Assembly: GCA_963748235.1 (NCBI GenBank)
Contig: CAVVHT010000009.1
Coordinates: 1,268,606-1,332,605 of the forward strand
DNA from: an uncultured Chloroflexia bacterium
GTDB taxonomy: Bacteria; Chloroflexota; Limnocylindria; Limnocylindrales; CSP1-4
Length of the DNA: 64,000 bases
Direction: 5' to 3'
Shown: positions 9,353 to 19,185 of the stretch, in pieces
Layout of the letters: each line of letters starts with the position of its first letter
Position numbering within the stretch: the first letter of the stretch is position 1
Position numbers and translations under genes: made by a program
Notes under the pieces: model-generated
Told to the model about the DNA's origin: nothing
Databases searched by the model: none
The model's input: only the letters and a program-made list of their open reading frames with translations

Positions 9353-10471
9353 TCACCAACCCAGCGCCTCGCGCAGCCCATCGGCCGTTGCGGCCGCCTC
9401 GATCGGCGGCTGCACCGTGCGCATGGCGGTGTCGGGATCCTTTAGTCCGTGGCCGGTCAGCACGCAGACGATTGTCGCGCCTGGATCGATTCGGCCCTCG
9501 GCAGCCATCTTGCGCAGCCCGGCGACCGACGCCGCGGACGCCGGCTCGCAGAAGATTCCCTCGTGCCGTGCCAGGTCGTGGTAGGCCGCCAGGATCTCCT
9601 CGTCAGTCACCGATTCGATCACTCCGCCTGACTCGTCGCGCGCTCGCAGCGCCTTCGGTCCGCTGGCCGGGTTGCCGATCTTGATCGCGGTGGCCACCGT
9701 CTTTGGGTCGGATATGGCGTGGCCCACGACCAGCGGCGCTGCGCCTTCCGCCTGAAAGCCGAGCATCTTGGGCCGGGTCTCGACCAGCTCGGCATCGCGA
9801 TAGTCGGTGAAGCCCTGCCAGTAAGCGCTGATGTTGCCCGCGTTGCCGACTGGGATGGCCAAGTAGTCTGGCGCCCCGCCAAGGTCCTCGCAGATCTCGA
9901 ACGCGGCCGTCTTCTGGCCGGCCAGGCGATGCGGATTGACCGAGTTGACGAGAGTGATCGGCCGGTCCGGCGATCCGTCGCCTTCGACCAGCTCGCGCAC
10001 GGCCTCGAGCGCCTGGTCGAAGTTGCCGTCGACACCAACGACCCGCGCGCCGGCGATCTGAGCCTGGAGCAGCTTGCCCGCCGCTATCTGGCCTCGGGGC
10101 AGGACGACCACGACCTCGAGATTGGTCGCCGCGCCGTACGCCGCCGCCGATGCTGCCGTGTTGCCGGTAGAGGCACACACGATCGCCTTGGAGCCGGCCT
10201 CGAGTGCCTTGGCCACGGCGACGACCATGCCTCGATCCTTGAACGAGCCGGTTGGATTGGCGCCCTCGACCTTGAGGTGGAGCAACGGAACGCCGATCGA
10301 GCGGCCGAGGTTGCGCGCGTGGACGAGCGGCGTGTAACCCTCGCCGAGGCTGAGATTGGGCGTCGCGCCGCTCACCGGCAGGAACGCTGCGTAGCGCTCC
10401 ATCAGCCGCGGCCGGGCATCTGCCGTCGTCCGCTGCTGGCGCAGCTGGCGCAGCACGTCACTCATGCGCAT
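9353..10471 (-). CDS. thrC: threonine synthase
   Basis: PLP-lysine motif NPTGSFKDRGM; GNTAASAAAY. The track ORF starts at 10489; the ATG at 10471 (MRMSDV) has GGAG 9 nt upstream. Confidence 0.92.
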   Translation of the reverse strand: MRMSDVLRQLRQQRTTADARPRLMERYAAFLPVSGATPNLSLGEGYTPLVHARNLGRSIGVPLLHLKVEGANPTGSFKDRGMVVAVAKALEAGSKAIVCASTGNTAASAAAYGAATNLEVVVVLPRGQIAAGKLLQAQIAGARVVGVDGNFDQALEAVRELVEGDGSPDRPITLVNSVNPHRLAGQKTAAFEICEDLGGAPDYLAIPVGNAGNISAYWQGFTDYRDAELVETRPKMLGFQAEGAAPLVVGHAISDPKTVATAIKIGNPASGPKALRARDESGGVIESVTDEEILAAYHDLARHEGIFCEPASAASVAGLRKMAAEGRIDPGATIVCVLTGHGLKDPDTAMRTVQPPIEAAATADGLREALGW

Positions 10472-10566
10472 TTGGCCGGCTCCTGCCAACGGGTGAGCAT
10501 GCCGGCAGCGTAGTCGGTAGCACGTACTTTGGTCGCCGCAGAAGGACCGGAGGGACGGACTCGGAT

Positions 10567-10591
10567 GCGCCGGGCCATGATGGCCCGGCGC
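10567..10591. terminator. GC-rich palindromic hairpin downstream of the 10619 gene (no clear U-tract)
   Basis: gcgccgggccat g atggcccggcgc, near-perfect 12-nt arms, 28 nt past the stop of the minus-strand secreted-protein gene. Confidence 0.35.
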
Positions 10592-10618
10592 CCGGAGAAA
10601 GAAAGCGACTGCGCGTTG

Positions 10619-11125
10619 TCAGTAGTTGAGCCAGCCCGAGAAGGAGCCGCGGTCAATGCCGGTCGTGAAGTCGATCACCTCGGCAGAACTCCAACTACCC
10701 GTCGCTCCTGCGAAGCGGCCGGTTCCAGAGATAACTGTGAAGCTGTTAGCTGCGGTAGCCCTGCCATCGACCGGCGCATCCTGCGCGCCCTCGTACGTCA
10801 TGCTGATGGACGATCCATCGGCAGCAACGAATGTCGCAAGCCCATCCCAGATCGGCACAGCCTCTGTCGTCAGGCTGAAATTTGTGCAGTTCGAGCCGGT
10901 GCCCTCCATGCGGCCAAGGTGAGTTGCGATGCCCACACCTTCGAAGCCGATGGTCAGCGCGTTTGCGCCGCAGCGCTGTTCGACCGGGACGACAGAGATG
11001 GTGTAGTGGCCCTGGATCGGCCGTTGCTCCCCCGCCGAAACGGACGGCGCCATAGCCGCCACCAACAGGAGAGCGCCGAGGATGCCAAGAGTTCGGCGTC
11101 CAAACGAATTGTTCTGAATGATCAC
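10619..11125 (-). CDS. secreted hypothetical protein (beta-rich)
   Basis: Signal peptide RRTLGILGALLLVAAMAPSVSAG. The GTG at 11125 is preceded by GAGGAGA. No family recognised. Confidence 0.55.
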   Translation of the reverse strand: MIIQNNSFGRRTLGILGALLLVAAMAPSVSAGEQRPIQGHYTISVVPVEQRCGANALTIGFEGVGIATHLGRMEGTGSNCTNFSLTTEAVPIWDGLATFVAADGSSISMTYEGAQDAPVDGRATAANSFTVISGTGRFAGATGSWSSAEVIDFTTGIDRGSFSGWLNY

Positions 11126-11286
11126 TTCTGTCTCCTCTACGAGCTGCGTGTGCCAAATGGCTGGCTGCACGTTAGGAACGGCCCGTCATCGCTCTTGCAT
11201 GTCAACTCTTACTTGCTCGGTAAGAGCCGGGTGTAATGTCCTTCTCCGCACAACTGTCCCCATGGGGGCCATAGGAGGTAGGGCGG

Positions 11287-13467
11287 ATGATCGAGTTGCG
11301 CACGTTCGGCGCAACCCAAGTCCGACCGCTGGGTTCACCGGACAGGGGCGTGTACCTGCAGCCCAAGCGCCTCGCCGTTCTGGCCTACCTCGCGACCGCA
11401 CGGCCGAGAGGCATGCACAGGCGCGGCAGCCTGCTCGTTGTGTTCTGGCCCGAAGAGAATGAGCATCGAGGGCGGAATGCCCTGAGCCAGACGCTCTACG
11501 CAATCCGGCGCGGCATCGGAGAGCAGGTGCTAATAGCTGAGGGTCACGAGCTCATCGGGGTCGATACGGCTGGTCTCTCGTGCGACGCGGTCGAGTTCGA
11601 GGAGCGCCTGGACCGCGGCGATCTCGAGGAGGCGCTGCGCCTGTACCGCGGAGAGTTCCTGCGTGGCTTGCTGCTTGACGACGCCACAGGCTTCGATCGC
11701 TGGCAGGAGGCGGAGGCATGGCGTCTCCAGCGACGTGCGTGGAAGGCCGCTGCAACTCTCGCTGATGGCGCCGAAGCAAAAGGAAACCTGCTCACCGCCA
11801 TGCACTGGCTCGAGCAGGCTGTCGAACTCCTACCCACTGATGAAGCGCTGCTGCGGCGCCTGCTCGTGCTGACCGACAGCATGGGCGACCGCGCCGGTGC
11901 GCTCCGGATCTACGAACGATTCGCCGAGCTGATGCGCGAGGAATACGGCGTGGAACCGTCGCCGGAAACCGAAGCCCTCGTCCACGAAATCCGCGACAGG
12001 CGCACTCCGATGCCCCGGCCGACTCCCGCGAACCCAGCCAGGAAAGCGATCCGTTCCATCGCGGTCCTGCCGCTCGAGAACCTGACCGGGCGGACAGAGG
12101 ACGAGTACTTCGCCGACGGCATGACCGAGATGCTCATCACCGAACTATCGGTGATCGGTGCCCTGCGCGTAGTTTCCAGGCAGTCCGTACGTGCCTTCAA
12201 GGGTTCGGATCGGCCGTTGCGGGACGTAACGGAACTGCTTGGTGTCGACGCGGTGCTGGAGGGATCCGTGCTCCGAGCCGGAGATCGCATTCGCGTCGTA
12301 GTCCAGCTCGTGCGCGTGGAGCCCGAGGAACACCTCTGGGCGGATGCCTACGATCGCGACCTGAGTGACGTCTTCGCGATGTACTCGGAGATTTCGCGCG
12401 CCGTCTCGACAGAGGTTGCAGCGAAACTGACGGGGGAAGAGGAGCGGCGCTTCCTCCAGCGCGGGAACCGTTCAGTGCATCCTGTCGCCTACGATCGATT
12501 CCTGCGCGGTGTCGCACTTTTCGGCCACAGCCAGTTTCAAGAGGCGCTGGAGCAGTACGCCAGGGCAATTGAGCTGGACCCTAATTTCGCCGAGGCGCAC
12601 GCCTGGCTGGCTGCCGCGCTGGGCAGGATTGCCCATTTGGCGGGTCCCGACCTTGCGGATCCGATGCGGCGCGAGGTGGACCTCGCCCTGGAGCTCGGTC
12701 CGGATCTGCAATGGGCGCATGCCGTATGGGGCAGTTGGCTGATGCTGTTCAAGTATGACTGGCAAGGGGCCGAGGCCGCCTTTCAGAAGGCCATCAAGGC
12801 GAAGCGACGTGACGCTCGCGCCCATCCGGAGTATGGGTTGTTCCTTGTTGGGCAGTGCCGGTTCGACGAGGCCACGGCGCTTGCGCATGAGTGGCTCGAC
12901 TTCGATCCCGGTGTTGGAGCGCAGTTCGCCATAGGCTGGATCCAGAACAAGCGTCGACAGTTTGACGAGTCGACCGAACAGCTCGAGTTCGTCATCAATC
13001 ATTGGCCCGGGTTTGCATGGGCGCCTTTCTGGTTGGCTTGCAACTACGCCTTCCTCGGCCGATCAGCGCAGGCAGTCGCAATGATGCATCGGGCCATCGA
13101 AGCCGCTCCATGGCACACGATCGGGCGTGCCTATGCCGGCGCCGTATTCGGCGCGGCAGGCGCCCCTGAGGATGCCCGCGCAGTCTTGCGAAGTTTTGAC
13201 CGGATCGGACGTGACGGCGGCTATGTCGACCCCTTCAATCTCGCGCTCGTCCACATGGGCCTCGGAGAACACGACAAGGCATTGAGTCAACTCGAGCGAT
13301 GTGCCAGCAAAGGATCGATGCAGAACTGGATACTTGCTCCCGAGCCCTTTTTCGACCCGCTGCGGGATGAGCCCCGATTCCGGGAGATCCTGCGGCAACT
13401 CAACCTTCCGTTGTGGATGCCGCCGGAGCAGGCAGTGGCTCCGGGCCTGGGACGCGAACCCCGGTAG
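11287..13467 (+). CDS. SARP/AfsR-DnrI-type (winged-helix + BTAD) transcriptional regulator with TolB-N-like and TPR domains
   Basis: N-terminus LQPKRLAVLAYLA..LLVVFWPE; BTAD (ALRLYRGEFLRG..FDRWQEAE..LRIYERFAELMREEYGVEPSPET); IAVLPLENLTG..YFADGMTEMLITELS (TolB-N-like); C-terminal TPR-like repeats. Confidence 0.8.
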   Translation: MIELRTFGATQVRPLGSPDRGVYLQPKRLAVLAYLATARPRGMHRRGSLLVVFWPEENEHRGRNALSQTLYAIRRGIGEQVLIAEGHELIGVDTAGLSCDAVEFEERLDRGDLEEALRLYRGEFLRGLLLDDATGFDRWQEAEAWRLQRRAWKAAATLADGAEAKGNLLTAMHWLEQAVELLPTDEALLRRLLVLTDSMGDRAGALRIYERFAELMREEYGVEPSPETEALVHEIRDRRTPMPRPTPANPARKAIRSIAVLPLENLTGRTEDEYFADGMTEMLITELSVIGALRVVSRQSVRAFKGSDRPLRDVTELLGVDAVLEGSVLRAGDRIRVVVQLVRVEPEEHLWADAYDRDLSDVFAMYSEISRAVSTEVAAKLTGEEERRFLQRGNRSVHPVAYDRFLRGVALFGHSQFQEALEQYARAIELDPNFAEAHAWLAAALGRIAHLAGPDLADPMRREVDLALELGPDLQWAHAVWGSWLMLFKYDWQGAEAAFQKAIKAKRRDARAHPEYGLFLVGQCRFDEATALAHEWLDFDPGVGAQFAIGWIQNKRRQFDESTEQLEFVINHWPGFAWAPFWLACNYAFLGRSAQAVAMMHRAIEAAPWHTIGRAYAGAVFGAAGAPEDARAVLRSFDRIGRDGGYVDPFNLALVHMGLGEHDKALSQLERCASKGSMQNWILAPEPFFDPLRDEPRFREILRQLNLPLWMPPEQAVAPGLGREPR

Positions 13468-13476
13468 ACTCGGGCC

Positions 13477-14484
13477 GTGGCCAGGGCGTTCCCGTCGACT
13501 ACTCCGAGCGATCGCGTGTTCTCCGGCATCCAGCCGTCCGGGCTGCCGCATCTCGGCAACTATCTCGGCGCGATCCGCAACTACATCGCGCTGCAGCAAG
13601 GCGGCGACGCGATCTACTGCATCGTCGACTATCACGCGCTGACCACCACGCACGATCCCGACGCGATCCGGGGCAATACGCGCGACATGGCCATCGCCCT
13701 GCTCGCCCTCGGTCTCGACCCAGACAGAGCGACGGTATTCCGACAGTCGGACCGACCCGAGCACGCCGAGCTGGCCTACCTGATGTCGACCGTGGTGCCA
13801 GTCAGCTGGGTCGAGCGGACGCCGTCCTTCAAGGAGAAGAAGCGCGACCAGCCGGACGACATCAACCACGCGCTGCTGACGTACCCGGTGCTGCAGACGG
13901 CCGACATCGCCATCTACCACGCCCGGCGGGTACCGGTCGGCAAGGACCAGGCGGCGCACCTCGAGCTTGCGCGCGAGATCGTCCGCGCCTGGAACCGGCG
14001 CTACGGCGAGTACTTCGTTGAGCCCGAGGCGGTGTTCACCGATTCGCCCGTCATCCTTGGCACGGACGGCGTCAACAAGATGTCGAAGTCGCTCGGCAAT
14101 GCGATCGAGATCCTGGCCGACGAGGACGTCATCCGAAAACAGGTCATGAGCATGGTGACCGACACGCAGCGCATCCTGCGCACCCAGCCCGGCCGACCTG
14201 AGGTGTGCAACGTGTGCCAGCTGCACCGCTTCTTCGGCGACGACTACGAGTACATCTGGGACGGCGAGCGCACAGCACGGACCGGCTGCGTCGACACCAA
14301 GAAGCTCCTCGCCGACCGGATCATCAGCTACTTCGCCGAGGCGCGCGAACGCCGGCGCGATCTCGAGTCACGGCCGGACTACGTCGAGGAAGTGCTTCGC
14401 GCCGGCGCCGACAAGCTCGCGCCGCTGGCGACTGAGACGATGCGCGAGGTGCACGATCGGATGGGCCTCGCAAGGAGGGCGTAA
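13477..14484 (+). CDS. trpS: tryptophan--tRNA ligase
   Basis: SGIQPSGLPHLGNYLG (HIGH variant), KMSKSLGN (KMSKS). Confidence 0.95.
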   Translation: MARAFPSTTPSDRVFSGIQPSGLPHLGNYLGAIRNYIALQQGGDAIYCIVDYHALTTTHDPDAIRGNTRDMAIALLALGLDPDRATVFRQSDRPEHAELAYLMSTVVPVSWVERTPSFKEKKRDQPDDINHALLTYPVLQTADIAIYHARRVPVGKDQAAHLELAREIVRAWNRRYGEYFVEPEAVFTDSPVILGTDGVNKMSKSLGNAIEILADEDVIRKQVMSMVTDTQRILRTQPGRPEVCNVCQLHRFFGDDYEYIWDGERTARTGCVDTKKLLADRIISYFAEARERRRDLESRPDYVEEVLRAGADKLAPLATETMREVHDRMGLARRA

Positions 14485-14602
14485 GGACCGGCATTGCCGG
14501 GACTTACGCGCCGACGCGCAGCAGGCGCGGTCCGCGCGCGCGGAGATCGACAAAGGAGGGTGTAAGAGCCGGCATCGCGGGGACTGTAAACCCTGACGCG
14601 CA
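14472..14602 (+). repeat. two ~48-bp direct repeats spanning the trpS stop and the downstream spacer
   Basis: 14472 aaggagggcgtaaggaccggcattgccgggacttacgcgccgacgcgca versus 14552 aaaggagggtgtaagagccggcatcgcggggactgtaaaccctgacgcgca; each has internal gtaag..cttac/ccgg dyad symmetry. Confidence 0.6.
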
Positions 14603-14644
14603 CCCACCAAGCCGGGCTTGTACCCGCATTAGACTCACGTTGCG

Positions 14645-15898
14645 ATGCACGTAGAGTTCCCTGAGTCGGACAGGCGCTGGCTGCGTGCTGCGTTGATCCT
14701 CGGGACCCTGGTCCTGGCGCTCGTTCTCGTCGGACAGGTCGCGACGATCCTCGCCTTCTTCAGCGACATCCTGCTCGTTTTGCTGCTGGCCTGGCTGCTG
14801 GCATTCATGCTCTCGCCGCTCGTGGGTCGCATCGAGCGCGTCTTCCCCAAGCTTCCGCGGGCTGGTGTGGTTGCGGTCGTCTACCTCGTCCTGTTCTTCG
14901 GCCTGTCGTGGATCCTGCTCCTGGTCGCGGGCAGCCTGGCAACCTCGATCGGCAACTTCATTGTCGAGCTGCCGAACCTTCAGGCTCGCCTGCCCGAGAT
15001 CCTGGAGCCGCTCCACTCCGCGCTCCAGAGCCTTGGCTTCCAGGTCGACGTGGTGGCGGCCGCGGGCGAGGTGCTCGCCTGGCTCGGCTCGCTGGGCGAC
15101 GAGCTGGTCGGCCCATTGACCGATCTGGCCCTGTTCAGCATCGGCATCGTCGCCAACCTGCTGATCATCATCTTCCTGTCGCTGTTCATCGTCCTCGACA
15201 AGGACCGCATCGTCGCCTACCTGAACCGGCTCGTGCCACCGCGCTACGCCGACCAGGCGCGGCTATTCGAGACGAGCGTCTCGACCTCGTTCGGTGGGTT
15301 CGTCCGCGGCCAATTCATCCAGGGCCTGATCTTCGGCGCCTACGCAGCGGTGGCGATGCTCTTCTTCGGGCTCGACTTCCTGCCCGCGGCGGCGGCCCTG
15401 GTGGGGGTGCTCCAGGCGATTCCCTTCTTCGGCCCGATCATTTCGTGGGCGCCACCCGTCGTGGTCGCCGTGCTTACCAGGCCCGAGCTTGCCGTTCCAG
15501 CGCTCATCGTGATGGCGATTGGCTGGTTCATCGTCAACAACCTCGTCCTGCCGCGGGTGATGTCCCAGGCGGTCGGCATCCATCCGATCGTGGTGCTCAT
15601 CTCGGTCCTGATCGGGATCAAGATTGCCGGAGTGGCCGGCGCTGTGTTCGCACTGCCTTTCGCGGCCGTTGTCGCGGCCTTCTTCCAGTCTTTCCTGAGT
15701 CGCAACGCGGGCGAGCCACGTGACGTGACAACACGTGCTGCAAAGCGAGTCGGCGAACGCGAGGGGCGCGCCGTTCGAGTGCCGACGCCGCCGCCATTGG
15801 GCGCGCCCGACGCGTCCGCAGCCAACGACGAGGAATCTTCCGACAAGCCTGCCAAGCCCGCCCAGCCGACCAAGCCTGAGCCTGAGCCGTCGCCGTGA
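14645..15898 (+). CDS. AI-2E family transporter (PerM/UPF0118 permease)
   Basis: Multi-TM protein with the typical AI-2E layout, cytoplasmic loop DKDRIVAYLNRLVPP..FGGFVRGQ, and a Pro/Glu-rich tail. Confidence 0.85.
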   Translation: MHVEFPESDRRWLRAALILGTLVLALVLVGQVATILAFFSDILLVLLLAWLLAFMLSPLVGRIERVFPKLPRAGVVAVVYLVLFFGLSWILLLVAGSLATSIGNFIVELPNLQARLPEILEPLHSALQSLGFQVDVVAAAGEVLAWLGSLGDELVGPLTDLALFSIGIVANLLIIIFLSLFIVLDKDRIVAYLNRLVPPRYADQARLFETSVSTSFGGFVRGQFIQGLIFGAYAAVAMLFFGLDFLPAAAALVGVLQAIPFFGPIISWAPPVVVAVLTRPELAVPALIVMAIGWFIVNNLVLPRVMSQAVGIHPIVVLISVLIGIKIAGVAGAVFALPFAAVVAAFFQSFLSRNAGEPRDVTTRAAKRVGEREGRAVRVPTPPPLGAPDASAANDEESSDKPAKPAQPTKPEPEPSP

Positions 15899-16929
15899 CG
15901 CACCGCGGGCCGACCGGCCCCGAGATCCGTCGCGACGCCGAACGGGTCGAGCGTCGCGACGTAGACCTCGAGCAGGGTGAGCCGCTCTCCCAGCGCGATC
16001 GACGACTTGCGCCGCCCCGAGCCAGGCCGCGCACGGCCAAGCCACTCGCCGAGTGGGAGTCGCGGCCGCGGATCCTCGTCACCAACGACGACGGCATCGA
16101 GTCGCGCGGATTGCTGGCGCTGAAGCAGGCGCTCGAGCCACTCGGCGAGGTTTACGTGCTGGCACCCGACACCAACCAGTCAGCCGTCGGCCACACCAAG
16201 ACCTTCATGCGACCGCTGCGCGTCCGCGAACGAACGCTCGCCGACGGCTCGCTTGGTTGGTCGGTCGACGGCTCACCAACGGACGCGGTCAGCCTCGCCT
16301 TCCTGGGCTACTTCGATATTGGCTTCGACCTTGTCGCGTCGGGCATCAACTACGGCGCCAACCTGGGCGACGACATCACCTATTCGGGAACGGTCAGCGC
16401 GGCGATGGAGGCGGTCCTCTCATCTGTGCCCGCATTCGCCGTCTCGCAGGAGTACTACGAACACCCCGATTTCTCGCTCGCCGCGCAGATCGCCTATGTC
16501 GCCGCGGTCAACATCCTCGAAAACGGACTCGCCCCAGGGGAGCTGATCAACATCAACGTGCCAGCCCTCCGCCCCGAGGAGAGCGAGGGCGTGGAGGTGA
16601 CGCGAATGGGCAAGCGCATCTACCAGGACGAGCTGATCGAGCGACTCGATCCGCGCGGCACGCCGTACTACTGGATCGGCGGACCGCCGCCGTCCGGCCT
16701 GGCCGAGCCGGGCACTGACTTCCATGCCGTGGTAAACAAGAGGATCGCAATCACGCCGATCCAGCTCGACCTGACCGCGAGGCGGCTGCTGTCGCGGCTC
16801 AATTCGTGGTCGTGGACGCTGCCGCCGACCGACGTCGCGCCGGCCGCCGCCGAGCCCGAGTCGCGCACTGCCGAGCGGCTCGACGAGATCGTCACCTCGC
16901 AGGCCGAGCCCGAGGCCGACCGCCGCTGA
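15895..16929 (+). CDS. surE: 5'/3'-nucleotidase SurE (with ~60-aa N-terminal extension)
   Basis: ILVTNDDGIESRGL..LAPDTNQSAVGH..GINYGANLGDDITYSGTVSAAMEA. GTG start overlaps the upstream stop (GTGA); no later in-frame start precedes the conserved core. Confidence 0.9.
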   Translation: MTHRGPTGPEIRRDAERVERRDVDLEQGEPLSQRDRRLAPPRARPRTAKPLAEWESRPRILVTNDDGIESRGLLALKQALEPLGEVYVLAPDTNQSAVGHTKTFMRPLRVRERTLADGSLGWSVDGSPTDAVSLAFLGYFDIGFDLVASGINYGANLGDDITYSGTVSAAMEAVLSSVPAFAVSQEYYEHPDFSLAAQIAYVAAVNILENGLAPGELININVPALRPEESEGVEVTRMGKRIYQDELIERLDPRGTPYYWIGGPPPSGLAEPGTDFHAVVNKRIAITPIQLDLTARRLLSRLNSWSWTLPPTDVAPAAAEPESRTAERLDEIVTSQAEPEADRR

Positions 16930-17119
16930 ATCGCAACGGTCCCGCACCATAGGTAGTCAACTGTGGGTTGACTTCGCAACACTGCGGGGACGGCAACGCG
17001 GCGCTTCCGAAACTGCCTCACAAAGTTCCCGGCTTCGGGCACGGCAAGGTCGACATCAGCGTCTACATCCAGGGAGCACACAAGCCGGACATGGATATGT
17101 TGCGCGAGCGCCTGCTCGA

Positions 17120-18934
17120 CTAGCGGCCGAGCACCTCGCGCACGTTCTCGACGAGGATGAACACGGCCAGGCCGACCACGGCGGCAACTGCGAGCTCCAT
17201 TCGCCAATGCCACGCCAGCAGCGCAACGGAGAGCAAAGCGAGCCCGACGACGACGCGCAGGGTGAGCTGTGTCAGTCGACGCCTGAACGCGGACTCGAGA
17301 ACGAGGTAGCCGGCCAGAGCAATGAGCAATGCTCCCCACCACGGCAAGAACTCGAACCAGACCAGCGCGGCCGTGGTGACCAGTAGGAACGTTGCTGAGA
17401 CAGCCGACCAGATGTCCACGATCACGCCGTGCTTGATCGTCTCGGGTGGCACGGGCCGGTGGGGATGGGTCAGGTGGGCGCGAGGGTCGCCCAGGTCACC
17501 GTTCTCGATGCGTATCCGTTCGCGTCGAGTGGCAGTGATCTGATCGTCGATCGCGGCGGCGCGCGAACGAAGGCCGCGTAGCTCAAGCTCACCCGCCGCC
17601 AGCGCGCGGGCACGCTCGTCGTGGAGAGTCGACATGCCACCGTCGAGAGCGAGTGCCTGAAGCTCGAGCGCCAGCCCAGGCAACGAATCAGTTTGCTCGG
17701 CGATCTGGCTCTGGACCAACTCGCCTTCTTCGCGCAACACCTGCTCGCGCCGTTCCAGCTCGGCCGGCCACTCATCGGGCGGCGACGCCTTGTCCAGCCC
17801 GGCAAAGCCGAGGGGGTCGTGCCAGGTCATCCGTTGAGAGCCGGAGCGGTTGTACTTCGGCCCGGCTGGGGAGCGCTCGCCGCCAAAGCGGTCGTGGGTA
17901 TCGAGTCCGAACAGGCCGCGGTAGCCGTCGACCCACGAGTCGGCATCGGAGATGAGCTTCGGGCTCCAGGCCTCGTCGCCCCCCGGACCGATCGAGGTGC
18001 CGTCACCCCGCGCGTAATCGATGAACGACGCCGAGAGAGTGGCCTCGAGCTTGGCGCCGAGGTCGCCAGGATCCGGCTGACGCAGCCCGTTGACCCACAC
18101 CGATCGCGCTGCATCCATGAGGCCGGTCAGACCGCGCAGGGCAGAGATCGGGGCGCTGGTCATGTACTCGCCCTGCTCGAAGTAGCTCGCGTGCGATCCC
18201 GCACCGGCGAACAGCACGGGATGGTCACCCTCGAGGACCAAGGTTGGGTCGTCCCAGCGGCGGCGCAGCTGGTCGCCGATGTAGTCGTGCGCGGCGGCCG
18301 CGATCCACCACGGCCGAAGACCGGCTGGACCGTCCTCGAGGTAGACCAGGACCTGCTCCCAGTCCGCCTCGTGGTCATTCACGCCATGGAACGTGGAGCG
18401 ATAGTCGTTCATGAAATAGAAGTAGAGGTAATGCAAGACGATCCAGCCACGGCGGCGGATCACGCGGCCGTAGTAGACGTTGTTCGGGTCCTGCTTTCGC
18501 GCGCCGGCGTACTTGATCTGCGCCGCCGCGGCCGTGCCGCCCGGAACGGTGCCGCGCAACAACAGCGACGCGTCAAAGCCGGCATCGACGAGGCGGCCGA
18601 AGAGCCCTACGCGGGCCAGCCGGCCGACCGCCTTGAAGCGCGGTCGGTCCGACTGCAAGCGCCACCCGGCGAGCTCGATACCGTTGAGCGGCTGCTGGAC
18701 CAGTCGCAAGTAGAGCGACTTGCCGGGCTGGGCGACGTAATTGCCGAGCACTTCGGTCGTCAGCTCGCCCTTGGGCACGACCACCACCCGGTCTCGCTCC
18801 GACGTGCCCATGAGCAGGTCGCACTCGGCGAGGTAGCCCTCGACCGCCGCTGGGTAGAAAAGCTCGCCGTGGTTGTAGCGAACGATCGGCTCGTAGGCGC
18901 GCAGCAGCTCCAGATCGCTCGCGGGGTCGGTCAC
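17120..18934 (-). CDS. membrane-anchored hypothetical protein with Vps62/DUF946-like domain, coiled coil and C-terminal TM helices
   Basis: WIVLHYLYFYFMNDY..HGVNDHEADWEQVLVYL resembles the Vps62 H..DWE core. Coiled-coil segment ELERREQVLREEGELVQSQIAEQ, then 3 predicted TM helices. I place the start at GTG 18934, which overlaps the upstream stop (GTGA); the track ORF extends to 19162. Confidence 0.6.
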   Translation of the reverse strand: MTDPASDLELLRAYEPIVRYNHGELFYPAAVEGYLAECDLLMGTSERDRVVVVPKGELTTEVLGNYVAQPGKSLYLRLVQQPLNGIELAGWRLQSDRPRFKAVGRLARVGLFGRLVDAGFDASLLLRGTVPGGTAAAAQIKYAGARKQDPNNVYYGRVIRRRGWIVLHYLYFYFMNDYRSTFHGVNDHEADWEQVLVYLEDGPAGLRPWWIAAAAHDYIGDQLRRRWDDPTLVLEGDHPVLFAGAGSHASYFEQGEYMTSAPISALRGLTGLMDAARSVWVNGLRQPDPGDLGAKLEATLSASFIDYARGDGTSIGPGGDEAWSPKLISDADSWVDGYRGLFGLDTHDRFGGERSPAGPKYNRSGSQRMTWHDPLGFAGLDKASPPDEWPAELERREQVLREEGELVQSQIAEQTDSLPGLALELQALALDGGMSTLHDERARALAAGELELRGLRSRAAAIDDQITATRRERIRIENGDLGDPRAHLTHPHRPVPPETIKHGVIVDIWSAVSATFLLVTTAALVWFEFLPWWGALLIALAGYLVLESAFRRRLTQLTLRVVVGLALLSVALLAWHWRMELAVAAVVGLAVFILVENVREVLGR

Positions 18935-19185
18935 GCGGGCTCGGTCTCGGTGTCGCGCAGCTGGATGGTCGTCACGTCGTCTTCGCGCTGGAAGATGCGG
19001 CGGATCGGCGCCGAGTTGAGATACAGCGCAGTGGCCGCCTGGATCGCCATGCGCACGAAGTTCGGCTCGTTCAGGAACCACAGGTACAGGTTGCCGATCA
19101 GTCCGATTCCGACGAGGACCATCGTCAACGCCCACCCACGCCGGCTGAGTGTCGCCAGCCACAGCGAAGCGAGCACGTTGAGCAC
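18931..19185 (-). CDS. small membrane protein (2 TM), translationally coupled to the downstream gene
   Basis: 84 aa: LASLWLATLSRRGWALTMVLVGIGLIGNLYLWFL. Its stop overlaps the GTG of the 604-aa gene. Confidence 0.5.
   Translation of the reverse strand: MLNVLASLWLATLSRRGWALTMVLVGIGLIGNLYLWFLNEPNFVRMAIQAATALYLNSAPIRRIFQREDDVTTIQLRDTETEPA

Noticed and set aside
16968-17123. Unlisted 51-codon ORF (TTG start) MTSQHCGDGNAALPKLPHKVPGFGHGKVDISVYIQGAHKPDMDMLRERLLD in the surE downstream spacer
   Set aside because: The start codon lies inside a 7-bp hairpin (AGTCAAC-TGTGG-GTTGACT) right after the surE stop, there is no RBS, no family is recognised, and the stop overlaps the convergent gene. It could be a gene remnant, but the evidence is insufficient.
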